DNA of 25,980 nt from the IMG/VR virus record IMGVR_UViG_3300050154_000099, positions 1 through 25,980 of that record; one strand, written 5' to 3'. The DNA comes from a virus. Lineage: Duplodnaviria > Caudoviricetes. Positions 16,491 to 24,838 of the stretch are shown here, piece by piece; the stretch's first letter is position 1; each line of letters begins with the position of its first letter. The notes below the pieces were generated by a model. The model was not told the origin of the DNA. It did no database searches and saw nothing but the letters and a program-made list of their open reading frames with translations. Position numbers and translations under genes: made by a program.

Positions 16491-16706
16491 ATGCGCGTGC
16501 ACAACCTGAACATCAAACTGCAAGAGACTTTGATGATCGCCACCAGTCGAGCAGATTGCGAGCGGCTGAAAGGCATGGAGAGTGCAACGGGCACGAACCT
16601 GAACTTTGAAGTTGGCAGCACCCGGCTGCTGTTTGGCAGCACCTCGATTGACAAACTGCGGATGTCAATCGAGGCCCTCCGCGCCATCTGGTTTCCAGAG
16701 GCTTGA
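16491..16706 (+). CDS. Moron-encoded hypothetical protein (71 aa)
   Basis: AAGGAG RBS, MRVHNLNIKL...IWFPEA; fills the interval between the direct repeats. Confidence 0.7.
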   Translation: MRVHNLNIKLQETLMIATSRADCERLKGMESATGTNLNFEVGSTRLLFGSTSIDKLRMSIEALRAIWFPEA

Positions 16707-16719
16707 TTGAGGGGGCGGG

Positions 16720-16947
16720 TCATGGCTCGATGTAGATCGTCTTGGCAGCACCACAACCCGAACAAACCGGCGGGGTCATCTTTATCACCTCAGGGTTTGA
16801 CGAAAACGACTTGATTTGGATACCCGTCTCCCCGCAGGAGCACGGCTTCTTGTCCGTGAACAACTGCTTGCCATCCAGTTGCATGATGGTCTGGTGAATT
16901 TCTGGGTTGAATTGGAGTGTTTGCATGATGTTTAGGGTGTTGGTCAT
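16720..16947 (-). CDS. Small Cys-motif (zinc-ribbon-like) protein (about 75 aa)
   Basis: TGATG overlap with the upstream gene; CSC...CSGC. Confidence 0.55.
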   Translation of the reverse strand: MTNTLNIMQTLQFNPEIHQTIMQLDGKQLFTDKKPCSCGETGIQIKSFSSNPEVIKMTPPVCSGCGAAKTIYIEP

Positions 16948-19082
16948 CACTTCCACGCCCAGTAGCCAGTGCCAGCTTGTGAGCAGGCCCATACCTCAAC
17001 GGTTGTGTATGCCGGGATGCTCAGAGAGGCGGATGATGCGCCACCACCACGGAATGTCTGCGAGGCCGATGAGTTGACTGTCTGCGTGTTGGCAGTGGCG
17101 TTGGAGATGACAAGCCAGTAGCCGACAGACTTGGAATTGCCGCTCACATAGGCCGGGTAGATCTGAGGCAGTGTGCAGGTTTGGCCATTGCCAGTTAGGG
17201 ACACAAGCGTGCGGTCACCGGTGCCAGAACTCAGGTCCACCGTGGCGCCACCAGTCTCGGTCCATGCCAATTGCAGGTTTGCATTAAGCTTTAGCGCACC
17301 CATGCGCGACATGAACAACGACGGCTCACCTGACGCCTTGAGTTGCACAATGCCAGCGCCATCACCGACCTCGTTTGAGGTGCCCGTGGTCCCACCCGTC
17401 CATGAGGTGATACCAATGCCGGGCCGGGAATTTTCGCCCTGTCCACTGAACTGAATCGTTCGACCGTAGCGGTGAATGTCGCTGGTGCTGTCTTGGTCCA
17501 CAGTGACTGTTGACTGCTGGTGGGCGCGGATAACCCCCTGAGAGTTACTGCGAGCAACAAGAGTCGTTGCGGTGGTGGCGCTACGGCTTTCATTCATCAA
17601 ACCACAAGTCATATCAAGCTGCGCGCGCTCCATGTAGACCATGGACGTGCCGCCGTTCTCAAAGTCCGTCAGCCCCACACGCACGGGCTGCAATGCTTGA
17701 GTGGCGACATACGACCGCAACGTCATGAGCGGGTAGCCCTGTAGTGTTGCAGTAACCGATCCGGTAGAGGTCGGGGACTTGTAGGCTGCATTGTTCCAAT
17801 ACGTCTTCAGGCGGATGCGATTCAATGCGCGGTCAACTTCGGCAATGTTGTAGACCCCCCAGTCGGCCAACCCTAAACTGCCAGCGCCTCCCAGGATGGA
17901 AATAAACTGACCGACTTGACACTGCAGGATCTGAGCGCCGGACACGGACCAATAGTCGGTGCCAGATGCTCCAGTCAGTGTTATCGACGTGTCGATTCCG
18001 CTGCCCGATGTGATCGTCAGATGCTTAAAGTCCAGATCGTTCAGGCCACCCTGGTTTGCACGAGACTGGATCTCAAGCGCCGCAGCGTTGCGGTTGTTAT
18101 ACCGGGTGATATAGACGTGATTGAATTCGTTGTTGCCTGAGTTGTAGCCACCACCAGCAGCACCCAGCAGCATCGAGCCGCAAAGGCCGTTCTGGGCCAG
18201 CGTACCGGGACCGTTACCGTTTGCAGCGGCATTCGCACTCAGTGAGCCGCAGCCTGTGAACATCATCAAGCCACGGTTGTGGAACTTGCCGAAGTTTTCA
18301 ACGTACATACCCCATTCGGTGCAGTCGTCAAACCAAAGGTCTTCCCACGACGAATCCGAGATGCCCATGCGGCGGAGAGCGCCAAACTTCAAGCCTGCCT
18401 TGAACCCCTTGAAGTTCAGACCCTTCAAATTGAACCGGGTCAGGATGCCACCGATGAACACCGTGCCGTTCGTAGCATCACCAACCGTTGGCAGAGTTGA
18501 TGGGTAGGTGGCACCATCCACGTCGTTGTACTGAAAGCAGTTGTACTGCCCGCGATTCGTGGCGTAGAGCTGAGCATCGAAGGCGACCGAAGCATCCAAG
18601 ATTGACGAGCCACCAGGGGGTGCAGTGGAATACACACGCTGCGGGTGCGCTGCGATGGTGATGCCGTGATAATTTGCGCAGTCAATCGGCCCATCCACCC
18701 CAATCGAAAGCCCTGTCAGATCCAACGTGCCGTAGCCGTAGGTGTTCTTCAGGGCGTTCAGCGCATCACGCAGAGCGCCGTCTGTGTTGTTCACAGGACG
18801 CACAACAGGCCCCACCGCGCCCGATGAGGTGGAGGGGGACACATCCGTGCCAATCACTGCAACTGCGCCCAATTGGCAGTAAACCTTGATCGACTGACCC
18901 GAAGCCAGCGGCCCAAAGGCGCGGCGCATGCCGGATGGCTGAAAGGCGAAGTCCTTACCCTTCTCGTCTGTCACATAGCCAACATCGGCGCCACCATCAG
19001 CAACCACCGTGAAAACGGCGCCATCTGAGTAGGCTGCGAACGTCTGCGTGCTGCCCGCGTTGACCGTGGTTGTGGTGCTCAT
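16947..19082 (-). CDS. Beta-helix tailspike/depolymerase-like virion protein (711 aa)
   Basis: D.AL..AL.A....G.GTL.L beta-helix cap, Asn/Gly-rich repeats, fibre-type C-terminus TCTLP...G..L.I.N; ATGA-coupled to the portal. Confidence 0.7.
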   Translation of the reverse strand: MSTTTTVNAGSTQTFAAYSDGAVFTVVADGGADVGYVTDEKGKDFAFQPSGMRRAFGPLASGQSIKVYCQLGAVAVIGTDVSPSTSSGAVGPVVRPVNNTDGALRDALNALKNTYGYGTLDLTGLSIGVDGPIDCANYHGITIAAHPQRVYSTAPPGGSSILDASVAFDAQLYATNRGQYNCFQYNDVDGATYPSTLPTVGDATNGTVFIGGILTRFNLKGLNFKGFKAGLKFGALRRMGISDSSWEDLWFDDCTEWGMYVENFGKFHNRGLMMFTGCGSLSANAAANGNGPGTLAQNGLCGSMLLGAAGGGYNSGNNEFNHVYITRYNNRNAAALEIQSRANQGGLNDLDFKHLTITSGSGIDTSITLTGASGTDYWSVSGAQILQCQVGQFISILGGAGSLGLADWGVYNIAEVDRALNRIRLKTYWNNAAYKSPTSTGSVTATLQGYPLMTLRSYVATQALQPVRVGLTDFENGGTSMVYMERAQLDMTCGLMNESRSATTATTLVARSNSQGVIRAHQQSTVTVDQDSTSDIHRYGRTIQFSGQGENSRPGIGITSWTGGTTGTSNEVGDGAGIVQLKASGEPSLFMSRMGALKLNANLQLAWTETGGATVDLSSGTGDRTLVSLTGNGQTCTLPQIYPAYVSGNSKSVGYWLVISNATANTQTVNSSASQTFRGGGASSASLSIPAYTTVEVWACSQAGTGYWAWK

Positions 19083-21289
19083 TGCTGCATTCCTTCGCCC
19101 ATCTCGTCGGGCTCTGAGGTTGATTCAGACTGCTCGAAAGCGGGCGCTTCTGCCTGCTCGTGCATCGGTGTGTTGTCTGCGCCGGGGCCATCGCCGGGCA
19201 TCTCTGGCTCGGGCTGCTCTGCGTCGGCATTCCTGCGGGCCGTGTGCTCATCCATCACGGGCTCATCGCCGGGCAATGGATCAGGCTGGCTCAGCATCTG
19301 GTTGATCAGGTCGCGCGTGATCGCTTGGATCTGTGCCTCATTCGCGCCTGTGACTTGCAAGCGCTTGGTTTCAGAGTCGTAAGCCTTAATGTCAAGCTCA
19401 CGCTCTCGCACCTCTGCTATGCGCTGAGCCTCTGCTGCCTGTGCAATGGCCTCGTCTGCGTCGTCCTGCGCTTCCTTGGCGTGTTGGATGGCCTCTTGCA
19501 AGGCTTCTTGGCACTGCTTGAGTTGCTGAGCCATGGCGGCAGGATCTGGCCCCTTGTCGGCGCCCTCGGGCTGCAAGATGGCCTTGACAGGAGGCGGCGC
19601 CATCGCTGCCATTGCCTGCGCGAACTTGTCAGAGCCGGGAAAGTCCAGCGTCTGAGCCCAAAACGGAGCGACCACGGGGGCAAGCTCTTTGTTCCCGCGC
19701 ATGATTTCTGCAAACGCTGCATTGGTCTGCGTGCGCTGCGTGCTGTAGCTCGCGCCAACAACCACGCGCACACCGTAAGTGCCTACGCTTGGATTGATCG
19801 AAACAGAACCACCGTCTTGCCGCTTGAATGCCTCTTTCTGTTCAGGCGCAAATGTCACAGAACCGGGAGTGCCATCCACACCCATGATCGGGGCCTTACG
19901 CTGCGTGTCAGCCAAGCGGGCATCCATCTGCAAGACCACGCGGCCCAACTGACCCAAAGACGCAGCCAGGTGCGACGGGAAGTGAGCATTGGAGGCTTCG
20001 CCCTGCTGCTTGCGGCTTTCAATCGCCACCCCGCTCGTCTCGTTCGATGGGGCGCCAAGCGTGGCCTGGTACATGCCCAAAGCGGCCTGAATGTCATGCA
20101 AGGCACGCTCAGCGCTCGCAGCATGGTCAACCAGAGAGGAGCCCACCTTGATCATGGTCGGAGGCGAGACGGCGCCCTCTTCGTCCATGTCGTTGTAAGG
20201 CAGGAAAGCCCGGCGCTGAACTGCGGCCTTGTCCCAGATCGTTTCAAGCCCAGCCAATGCACGCTTGGAGGCCAGCAACTGCGCCCCGGGCATCATCAGC
20301 TCGCTGATGTGATAGTTGTATGCCTGCTGTGGAGCGCGTGCGCGGCGAGGAATGCCGCAATAGCGCATGCGGCCATCGGAGAACCCGACATAGCCGTAAA
20401 CCGGAATGATGCCGATGGAGTCAGCGGGGTAGTCGCTCTCCTCAAGCACATCACAACCGGACATGCGGCGCCACTTCACAGCGGTTCGCTTGTCCTTGTA
20501 GGTGCGCTCAACGGGGAGCTGTATGCCAGCGGCTTGACATGCGGCCCAATACTCGTCTTCAGTGCTGGCCTGCTCTTGGCCCATCTCGTCTGTGTAGACG
20601 ATCACATTGACCGTGTTTTGCTGCTCGTACCACTGCTCAGCCAGCATCACAGACTTGCGCTTGTCGTCGCGCCTGGTGTACTCAAGGTCGCCGAAGTCGT
20701 GCGCGTCTTTGCCCTTGTAGCGGCGCTCAAACTCACGCATGGACAAAGGCGTCAGCAGATAGCCAAAGCTCGCATCTGACCCGTCATTCTCGACAGACCA
20801 CGGATCAAGCACCACGCGCAGAGGATCAGCCTCCGAGCTAATACGGGGCTCTTGCCAGCCTAGAGCACGGTCAATGTACTCAGGCCGAACGATCAGGTGG
20901 CCCACACCAGTGCGTGCAGCGCTGGTCAGAACCCGCGTGTAGTGCTGAGATGCCCGGCTGGCGTACTCGATGTGACGAAACCGCCCGTCGATCTGCTCAG
21001 CCGCTTGCTTGTCAGCAGCGCCACCCACAGGGATTGCATGCAGCGATGGTGTCTGCTGCTCAATCTGCCCGGCGACGTTGGCAACGTACTGCCCGGTCTG
21101 ATCCATGACAAGACAAGGGCGCTTGCCGCCCGGATCTGTCTCACGCTGACGCCTGACCGTCTCGTCCCACTGCTGCGGGTCGGATGGGTCAGAAAAGCGC
21201 AAATCCTCGGCGATCTGCGTGCGTTGATCGCGTGAGGCTTCAAGCGCTTCCTGATAGAGGCGTTGCGCCTCGTTCAGTGCGTCGGTCAT
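19079..21289 (-). CDS. Portal protein, P22 gp1-like
   Basis: 736 aa; DLRF...QW, RPCL, Q..YNY, ETSGVAI..R..QG, GASY.TQR and a C-terminal coiled-coil barrel; follows TerL. Confidence 0.95.
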   Translation of the reverse strand: MTDALNEAQRLYQEALEASRDQRTQIAEDLRFSDPSDPQQWDETVRRQRETDPGGKRPCLVMDQTGQYVANVAGQIEQQTPSLHAIPVGGAADKQAAEQIDGRFRHIEYASRASQHYTRVLTSAARTGVGHLIVRPEYIDRALGWQEPRISSEADPLRVVLDPWSVENDGSDASFGYLLTPLSMREFERRYKGKDAHDFGDLEYTRRDDKRKSVMLAEQWYEQQNTVNVIVYTDEMGQEQASTEDEYWAACQAAGIQLPVERTYKDKRTAVKWRRMSGCDVLEESDYPADSIGIIPVYGYVGFSDGRMRYCGIPRRARAPQQAYNYHISELMMPGAQLLASKRALAGLETIWDKAAVQRRAFLPYNDMDEEGAVSPPTMIKVGSSLVDHAASAERALHDIQAALGMYQATLGAPSNETSGVAIESRKQQGEASNAHFPSHLAASLGQLGRVVLQMDARLADTQRKAPIMGVDGTPGSVTFAPEQKEAFKRQDGGSVSINPSVGTYGVRVVVGASYSTQRTQTNAAFAEIMRGNKELAPVVAPFWAQTLDFPGSDKFAQAMAAMAPPPVKAILQPEGADKGPDPAAMAQQLKQCQEALQEAIQHAKEAQDDADEAIAQAAEAQRIAEVRERELDIKAYDSETKRLQVTGANEAQIQAITRDLINQMLSQPDPLPGDEPVMDEHTARRNADAEQPEPEMPGDGPGADNTPMHEQAEAPAFEQSESTSEPDEMGEGMQQ

Positions 21290-21297
21290 AGGTTTTA

Positions 21298-21314
21298 CGG
21301 CGCCTCTCGGCGTT
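21298..21314 (-). promoter_or_regulatory. Conserved late-gene leader hairpin, portal copy
   Basis: AACGCCGAGAGGCGCCG, 8 nt before ATG 21289. Confidence 0.7.
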
Positions 21315-21355
21315 GGTAAAAGGGTGCGGGGTCGAAACCTGCGCGATTGGGGCGC

Positions 21356-21384
21356 AGCTTAGCACATGCGCGGATGTGGCGCAA
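21356..21384 (-). promoter_or_regulatory. Possible sigma70 promoter upstream of the portal
   Basis: TTGCGC, 17 bp, TAAGCT preceded by TGc (extended -10). Confidence 0.4.
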
Positions 21385-21396
21385 TACTGGCGTTTT

Positions 21397-22899
21397 CTAC
21401 ATGCCGAGTCCTTGTGCTGCTGATTGGGTGAAGTCGTAGCCGCCATTTTTTGGGCGCTCTGCAAACGTCAGGATCCACGAGTCGGCCCGGTCTGGTGACT
21501 TGCCTAGGCGCTTCTTGTAGTCCTTCTTGGCTTCCATCAACAACAGGCCATCGCGGTAGCTGTAGCGGTATGAGCCAAGCTGTGATTTCAACTCGGGGTC
21601 TTTGTCCATCGCGCAGCCGCCACGCTTGAGGTATTCCAGCGCAGCACGCCACAGCTTGGCCTTGAGGTTGTAATTTCGGTCATCAGACTGGCGTGTGCCT
21701 GTGTGAACGCCAATCACCTTGTCGGCGTACTTGCCGCGCTTGAGCGTGTCGTAAGCACTGACGCCGGGGCCATCCAACTCAATCACGATGGAGCCGATCA
21801 AGCCGCCAGATTCTTCAAGCGTCTTGCATTCCTCCTCAACCACTCCGGCCAGGTTGGGGCCGTCCAATTTTCGGCGGCTGATCTGCGGCAGGGTCAGAAG
21901 GCCGCGCCGCTTGGTAATCACACTCTCGTCGTCGCCCATGTGGGCAGCATCGACGCCGATTGCCCACGGGCCGTTAACTTCGATGTCTGCGGGGCCTTTA
22001 GTTTGAGCGGTCGTGATGAGGTCGCCGCTGATCCATGCGTCTGATGTGGATGCGTTGTAATCAATGTCCACCTCTTGAGCCAGCACCACAGGGTCTAGCG
22101 TGTTCTGCTGCTTGGCGTACCACTCCGCGCTCTTGCGTGGATCGTCACGCCAATGGAAGGTGAACACCTTGATCTTGCCGCCGTGCCGCTTGCGATAAAA
22201 CGGGTTGCCGTTGCCGTTCGGCGTGCTGATGTCGATTTTGCAGTTTGATGTCTGAGACAGCGCCGCATCAATGGACTCTGCCCGCTCGTAAAACGCTGAT
22301 TCGTCCTTGAAATAGATCGACGTTCGGTTGCCGCGCCCGATGTTGTCGCCCGACTCGCCCACAATCGCCGCCCCGTTCTCAGGGTTCACGATATTCATGT
22401 AAGGCGCGTGCTTCTTCTGATCCCAGCCATCGGGGCGAAACTCAACCGGCAGTAGGTTGATGAACTGGCGCACCTTCCAGAACAAGGCTTTGGGGTCGCC
22501 CAGCTTGTCCACATACTCCTCTTTGCGCGAGCCAAACCCGGCCACAGTGCCAGGATGAAACAGGAACATCCAGACAGCAAAGCCCACGCAAAGCCATGAG
22601 GCGCCCATGTCCCGCGACTTCTCCGCCAACCCATCCTCACGCCCTAACCAGCGGTCACGCAGCCAAGTGATGAACTCCGCTTGCTTGGGAAACAGCAGAA
22701 ACGGCATGGTCGTGGGCAAGCCCACTTCAGCGTTACGCGGGTCGAAAGTCACCCCCCAATCATTGATGAACTCGACAGGGTGGCCTTTGTAGAACTCCTT
22801 GAGCCCAGCAAGGATGGACGGGTCTTCACGAATGCGCTGCAAGCGCTCCGCACGCTCAAGGTATGCCGCCTCATAGTCCGGCTTCCATTCATCCACCAT
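21397..22899 (-). CDS. terL: Terminase large subunit
   Basis: Walker A EKSRDMGASW, Walker B YFKDESAF, coupling motif ISTPNG, nuclease GVD.A..GDD and KSPDRADS. Confidence 0.96.
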   Translation of the reverse strand: MVDEWKPDYEAAYLERAERLQRIREDPSILAGLKEFYKGHPVEFINDWGVTFDPRNAEVGLPTTMPFLLFPKQAEFITWLRDRWLGREDGLAEKSRDMGASWLCVGFAVWMFLFHPGTVAGFGSRKEEYVDKLGDPKALFWKVRQFINLLPVEFRPDGWDQKKHAPYMNIVNPENGAAIVGESGDNIGRGNRTSIYFKDESAFYERAESIDAALSQTSNCKIDISTPNGNGNPFYRKRHGGKIKVFTFHWRDDPRKSAEWYAKQQNTLDPVVLAQEVDIDYNASTSDAWISGDLITTAQTKGPADIEVNGPWAIGVDAAHMGDDESVITKRRGLLTLPQISRRKLDGPNLAGVVEEECKTLEESGGLIGSIVIELDGPGVSAYDTLKRGKYADKVIGVHTGTRQSDDRNYNLKAKLWRAALEYLKRGGCAMDKDPELKSQLGSYRYSYRDGLLLMEAKKDYKKRLGKSPDRADSWILTFAERPKNGGYDFTQSAAQGLGM

Positions 22900-23368
22900 T
22901 GAGCATCCTCTTGTAGGCTTCTTCGGCTGTCAGGGTTGCTTCAGTCTTGACGGGCGGCAAGTCATCCGCGCCACCAACCGCCACCTTGTCGCCGTAGCGC
23001 TTCGGATCCCACTTCGCCAAGAGCTTCATGCGCGTCTCGATCTGCAATTTGCGATGCCCCAGCATGTCGCCCTTGCGCTCCTCGATGTCGCCGTTTGGCT
23101 TAACAACTGTCTCAACACCCTCGACAGGCGTATCGGCAATCTCTAGGCACTGCTCGGCCAATTCGTCATGGCCTATTACACGCGCGCGCGCGATGCGTCC
23201 GGAAAACTCGGGGTCAGCCTGCTCCCACTCATAGACAACAGTCTTGGAGACATCCAAGTCTCGACACAACTGGCGCAAAGGAATGCCTTGCTGAAGCCCA
23301 GAGCAAATGGCGCCCTCGATTTCCTTCGTGCGGGTCGTTGGTCGCCCTTTCTGCTTCTTATCGCTCAT
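22889..23368 (-). CDS. terS: Terminase small subunit (Sf6-like)
   Basis: AAGGAG RBS; GRPT, IC..L..G.PLR..C, F......AR..G, R.LQIETR..LLAKW.PKRYGDK. Confidence 0.92.
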   Translation of the reverse strand: MSDKKQKGRPTTRTKEIEGAICSGLQQGIPLRQLCRDLDVSKTVVYEWEQADPEFSGRIARARVIGHDELAEQCLEIADTPVEGVETVVKPNGDIEERKGDMLGHRKLQIETRMKLLAKWDPKRYGDKVAVGGADDLPPVKTEATLTAEEAYKRMLNGG

Positions 23369-23378
23369 TGCTATCTCC

Positions 23379-23543
23379 TTAAACCCACCACTGCAAACGG
23401 TGGAGCTTAAACACACCGGCAATAGTGAAAATGTCACCAACCTGAATGTCTGCGGCGCCAAAAGTGTCGCCACTTGTCACGCGAAACTTTTGAATCACTC
23501 GTGTCTTCCACGCCTTCAGTCTTCGTGCCTTGCGCTGCTTCAT
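23379..23543 (-). CDS. Small basic protein (54 aa) containing coat-like GDIFTIAGVF motif
   Basis: GAAGGAG RBS; fills the gap between ninG and terS. Confidence 0.65.
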   Translation of the reverse strand: MKQRKARRLKAWKTRVIQKFRVTSGDTFGAADIQVGDIFTIAGVFKLHRLQWWV

Positions 23544-23553
23544 GCTCTCTCCT

Positions 23554-24138
23554 TCAGATAGCCAACATCTCAACACGCCCGGCCAGCTCGTCGGTTAGGG
23601 CTTTGAACTCTTTTTCGATCCGCTGATAGTCGTCCCGCGTCCACTTGGGCAGGGCGTGGGGGCCTTCCAGCGATTCGACTCTTTGGGCGCCGATCAATGA
23701 CACGAGGTTGACCCGGTACATGGATGCGTTGCCTGACTTGTGGTGGTTGCATGGAATGCACTGGATGTGCAGGTTGTCGAGGTGGTAGCGAAGCTCAGGG
23801 CGTGCGCCTCTGCTGAGGTAGTGGCCTGCCTGGTAGTTTTCCTGCCAAGGGTTGCCGCATGAGATGCAGGGGTTGCCGCGCTCTTTGAGCCTCACGTATC
23901 GGTTGACCTCGCGCTGTGCTTTGTCGGCAAAGTAGCTCAGGGGCTTCAGCGCTTGGAGTTTGGCCTTGTCCTGCTTGCGCTCAGCCTTGGCGTTTTCCTC
24001 TGCCTCTTTGGCCTTTTTCGCCTTGACCTGAGCAGCAGCGCAGCCGGGAGAGCAGACGCATTGCATCGGGCGAGCGGGGAAGAAAGGCGACTTGCATGCC
24101 TTGCACTTCTTGGCCTTGACTCGGGTGATGGGGGTCAT
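23554..24138 (-). CDS. ninG: NinG/Rap family endonuclease
   Basis: CKAC...Q.VCS..CA, N.YVRL, CISCG, AGHYLSRGA.PELRY..DNLH.QC..CN..KSGN. Confidence 0.93.
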   Translation of the reverse strand: MTPITRVKAKKCKACKSPFFPARPMQCVCSPGCAAAQVKAKKAKEAEENAKAERKQDKAKLQALKPLSYFADKAQREVNRYVRLKERGNPCISCGNPWQENYQAGHYLSRGARPELRYHLDNLHIQCIPCNHHKSGNASMYRVNLVSLIGAQRVESLEGPHALPKWTRDDYQRIEKEFKALTDELAGRVEMLAI

Positions 24139-24166
24139 GCGCGCCCCCAATATGTAACAGTTTCAC

Positions 24167-24212
24167 GTAATACACAAAAGTGATTGACTGCCTTACTTTC
24201 GTGTATTACATT
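24167..24212 (+). promoter_or_regulatory. sigma70-type promoter bracketed by a 15-bp inverted repeat (operator)
   Basis: TTGACT (24184-24189), 17 bp, TACATT (24207-24212). GTAATACACAAAAGT (24167-24181) and ACTTTCGTGTATTAC (24195-24209) differ by 1 mismatch. Confidence 0.85.
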
Positions 24213-24257
24213 GGAATCACTGCAACACGGGGTTGCAGCAAAACCAAGGAGAGAAAC

Positions 24258-24452
24258 ATGCAAGCCAAGACCATCTACACACTGACCTCCCCCAACGGTC
24301 AATCTCGTGACTTTGAAATGGTGGAGGGTGACCCCGCTGTGTATTTCAAGGACACCAACCGCGCAGCGGCGCCCACCTTGGCGGCTTTCGAGGCGACTTT
24401 GGCAAAGGTCACTGCCACTGGCGGCACCTACGTCAAGCACGAATCCAACTAA
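24258..24452 (+). CDS. Small hypothetical protein (64 aa, MQAKTIY...)
   Basis: AAGGAG RBS; first gene after the promoter. Confidence 0.8.
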   Translation: MQAKTIYTLTSPNGQSRDFEMVEGDPAVYFKDTNRAAAPTLAAFEATLAKVTATGGTYVKHESN

Positions 24453-24492
24453 TCCACCGGGCCCGCAAGGGCCTACACCGGAGCGTGACACC

Positions 24493-24837
24493 ATGCAAAT
24501 CAACAAAGACGGTAATTGGCGCTTGTACACCAACACCATCCCCGCAGGGTCTACCGCGCTTGGGACGATCACCCGCGATGAGGTGGACACCGGGGCGCTT
24601 GTGCGGGTTGATGCGACAGGCGCATATGTGCAGGTCAATGCAGGGGTAATGCGTAACCTTGACCGGCGAGCCGTTGCCATGGCCCTCGGGTTGATTGGGC
24701 GCCCACCCATCGCGCCTGAACTCAAGGCAACAAACTTGAAGCCTCCCCGCTCGATCCGGCTGGATGATGCGCGGTGGGCAAAGCTCAAGGCCTTGGGCAC
24801 TGACTGGCTTGAGCGGGCGATTGATCGGGCAAAGTGA
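24493..24837 (+). CDS. Protein with C-terminal ribbon-helix-helix-like DNA-binding motif (114 aa)
   Basis: GGAG RBS; GRPP...RSIRLDDARWAKLKALG.DWLERAID. Confidence 0.8.
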   Translation: MQINKDGNWRLYTNTIPAGSTALGTITRDEVDTGALVRVDATGAYVQVNAGVMRNLDRRAVAMALGLIGRPPIAPELKATNLKPPRSIRLDDARWAKLKALGTDWLERAIDRAK

Positions 24838-24838
24838 G

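Larger units (their letters stand above)
16417..16725 (+). repeat. Exact 18-bp direct repeat flanking an inserted cassette
   Basis: TGAGGGGGCGGGTCATGG at 16417-16434 and 16708-16725. Confidence 0.9.

Noticed and set aside
16397-16765. 122-aa minus-strand ORF crossing the direct-repeat cassette
   Set aside because: The + strand ORF has a promoter and strong RBS and fits the repeat boundaries; the minus frame is probably incidental, though translation from the coupled MTRPL start cannot be excluded.
19160-20779. 539-aa + strand ORF opposite the portal (likewise 15644-16609 opposite the scaffold)
   Set aside because: Antisense shadows with no RBS or domain signal.
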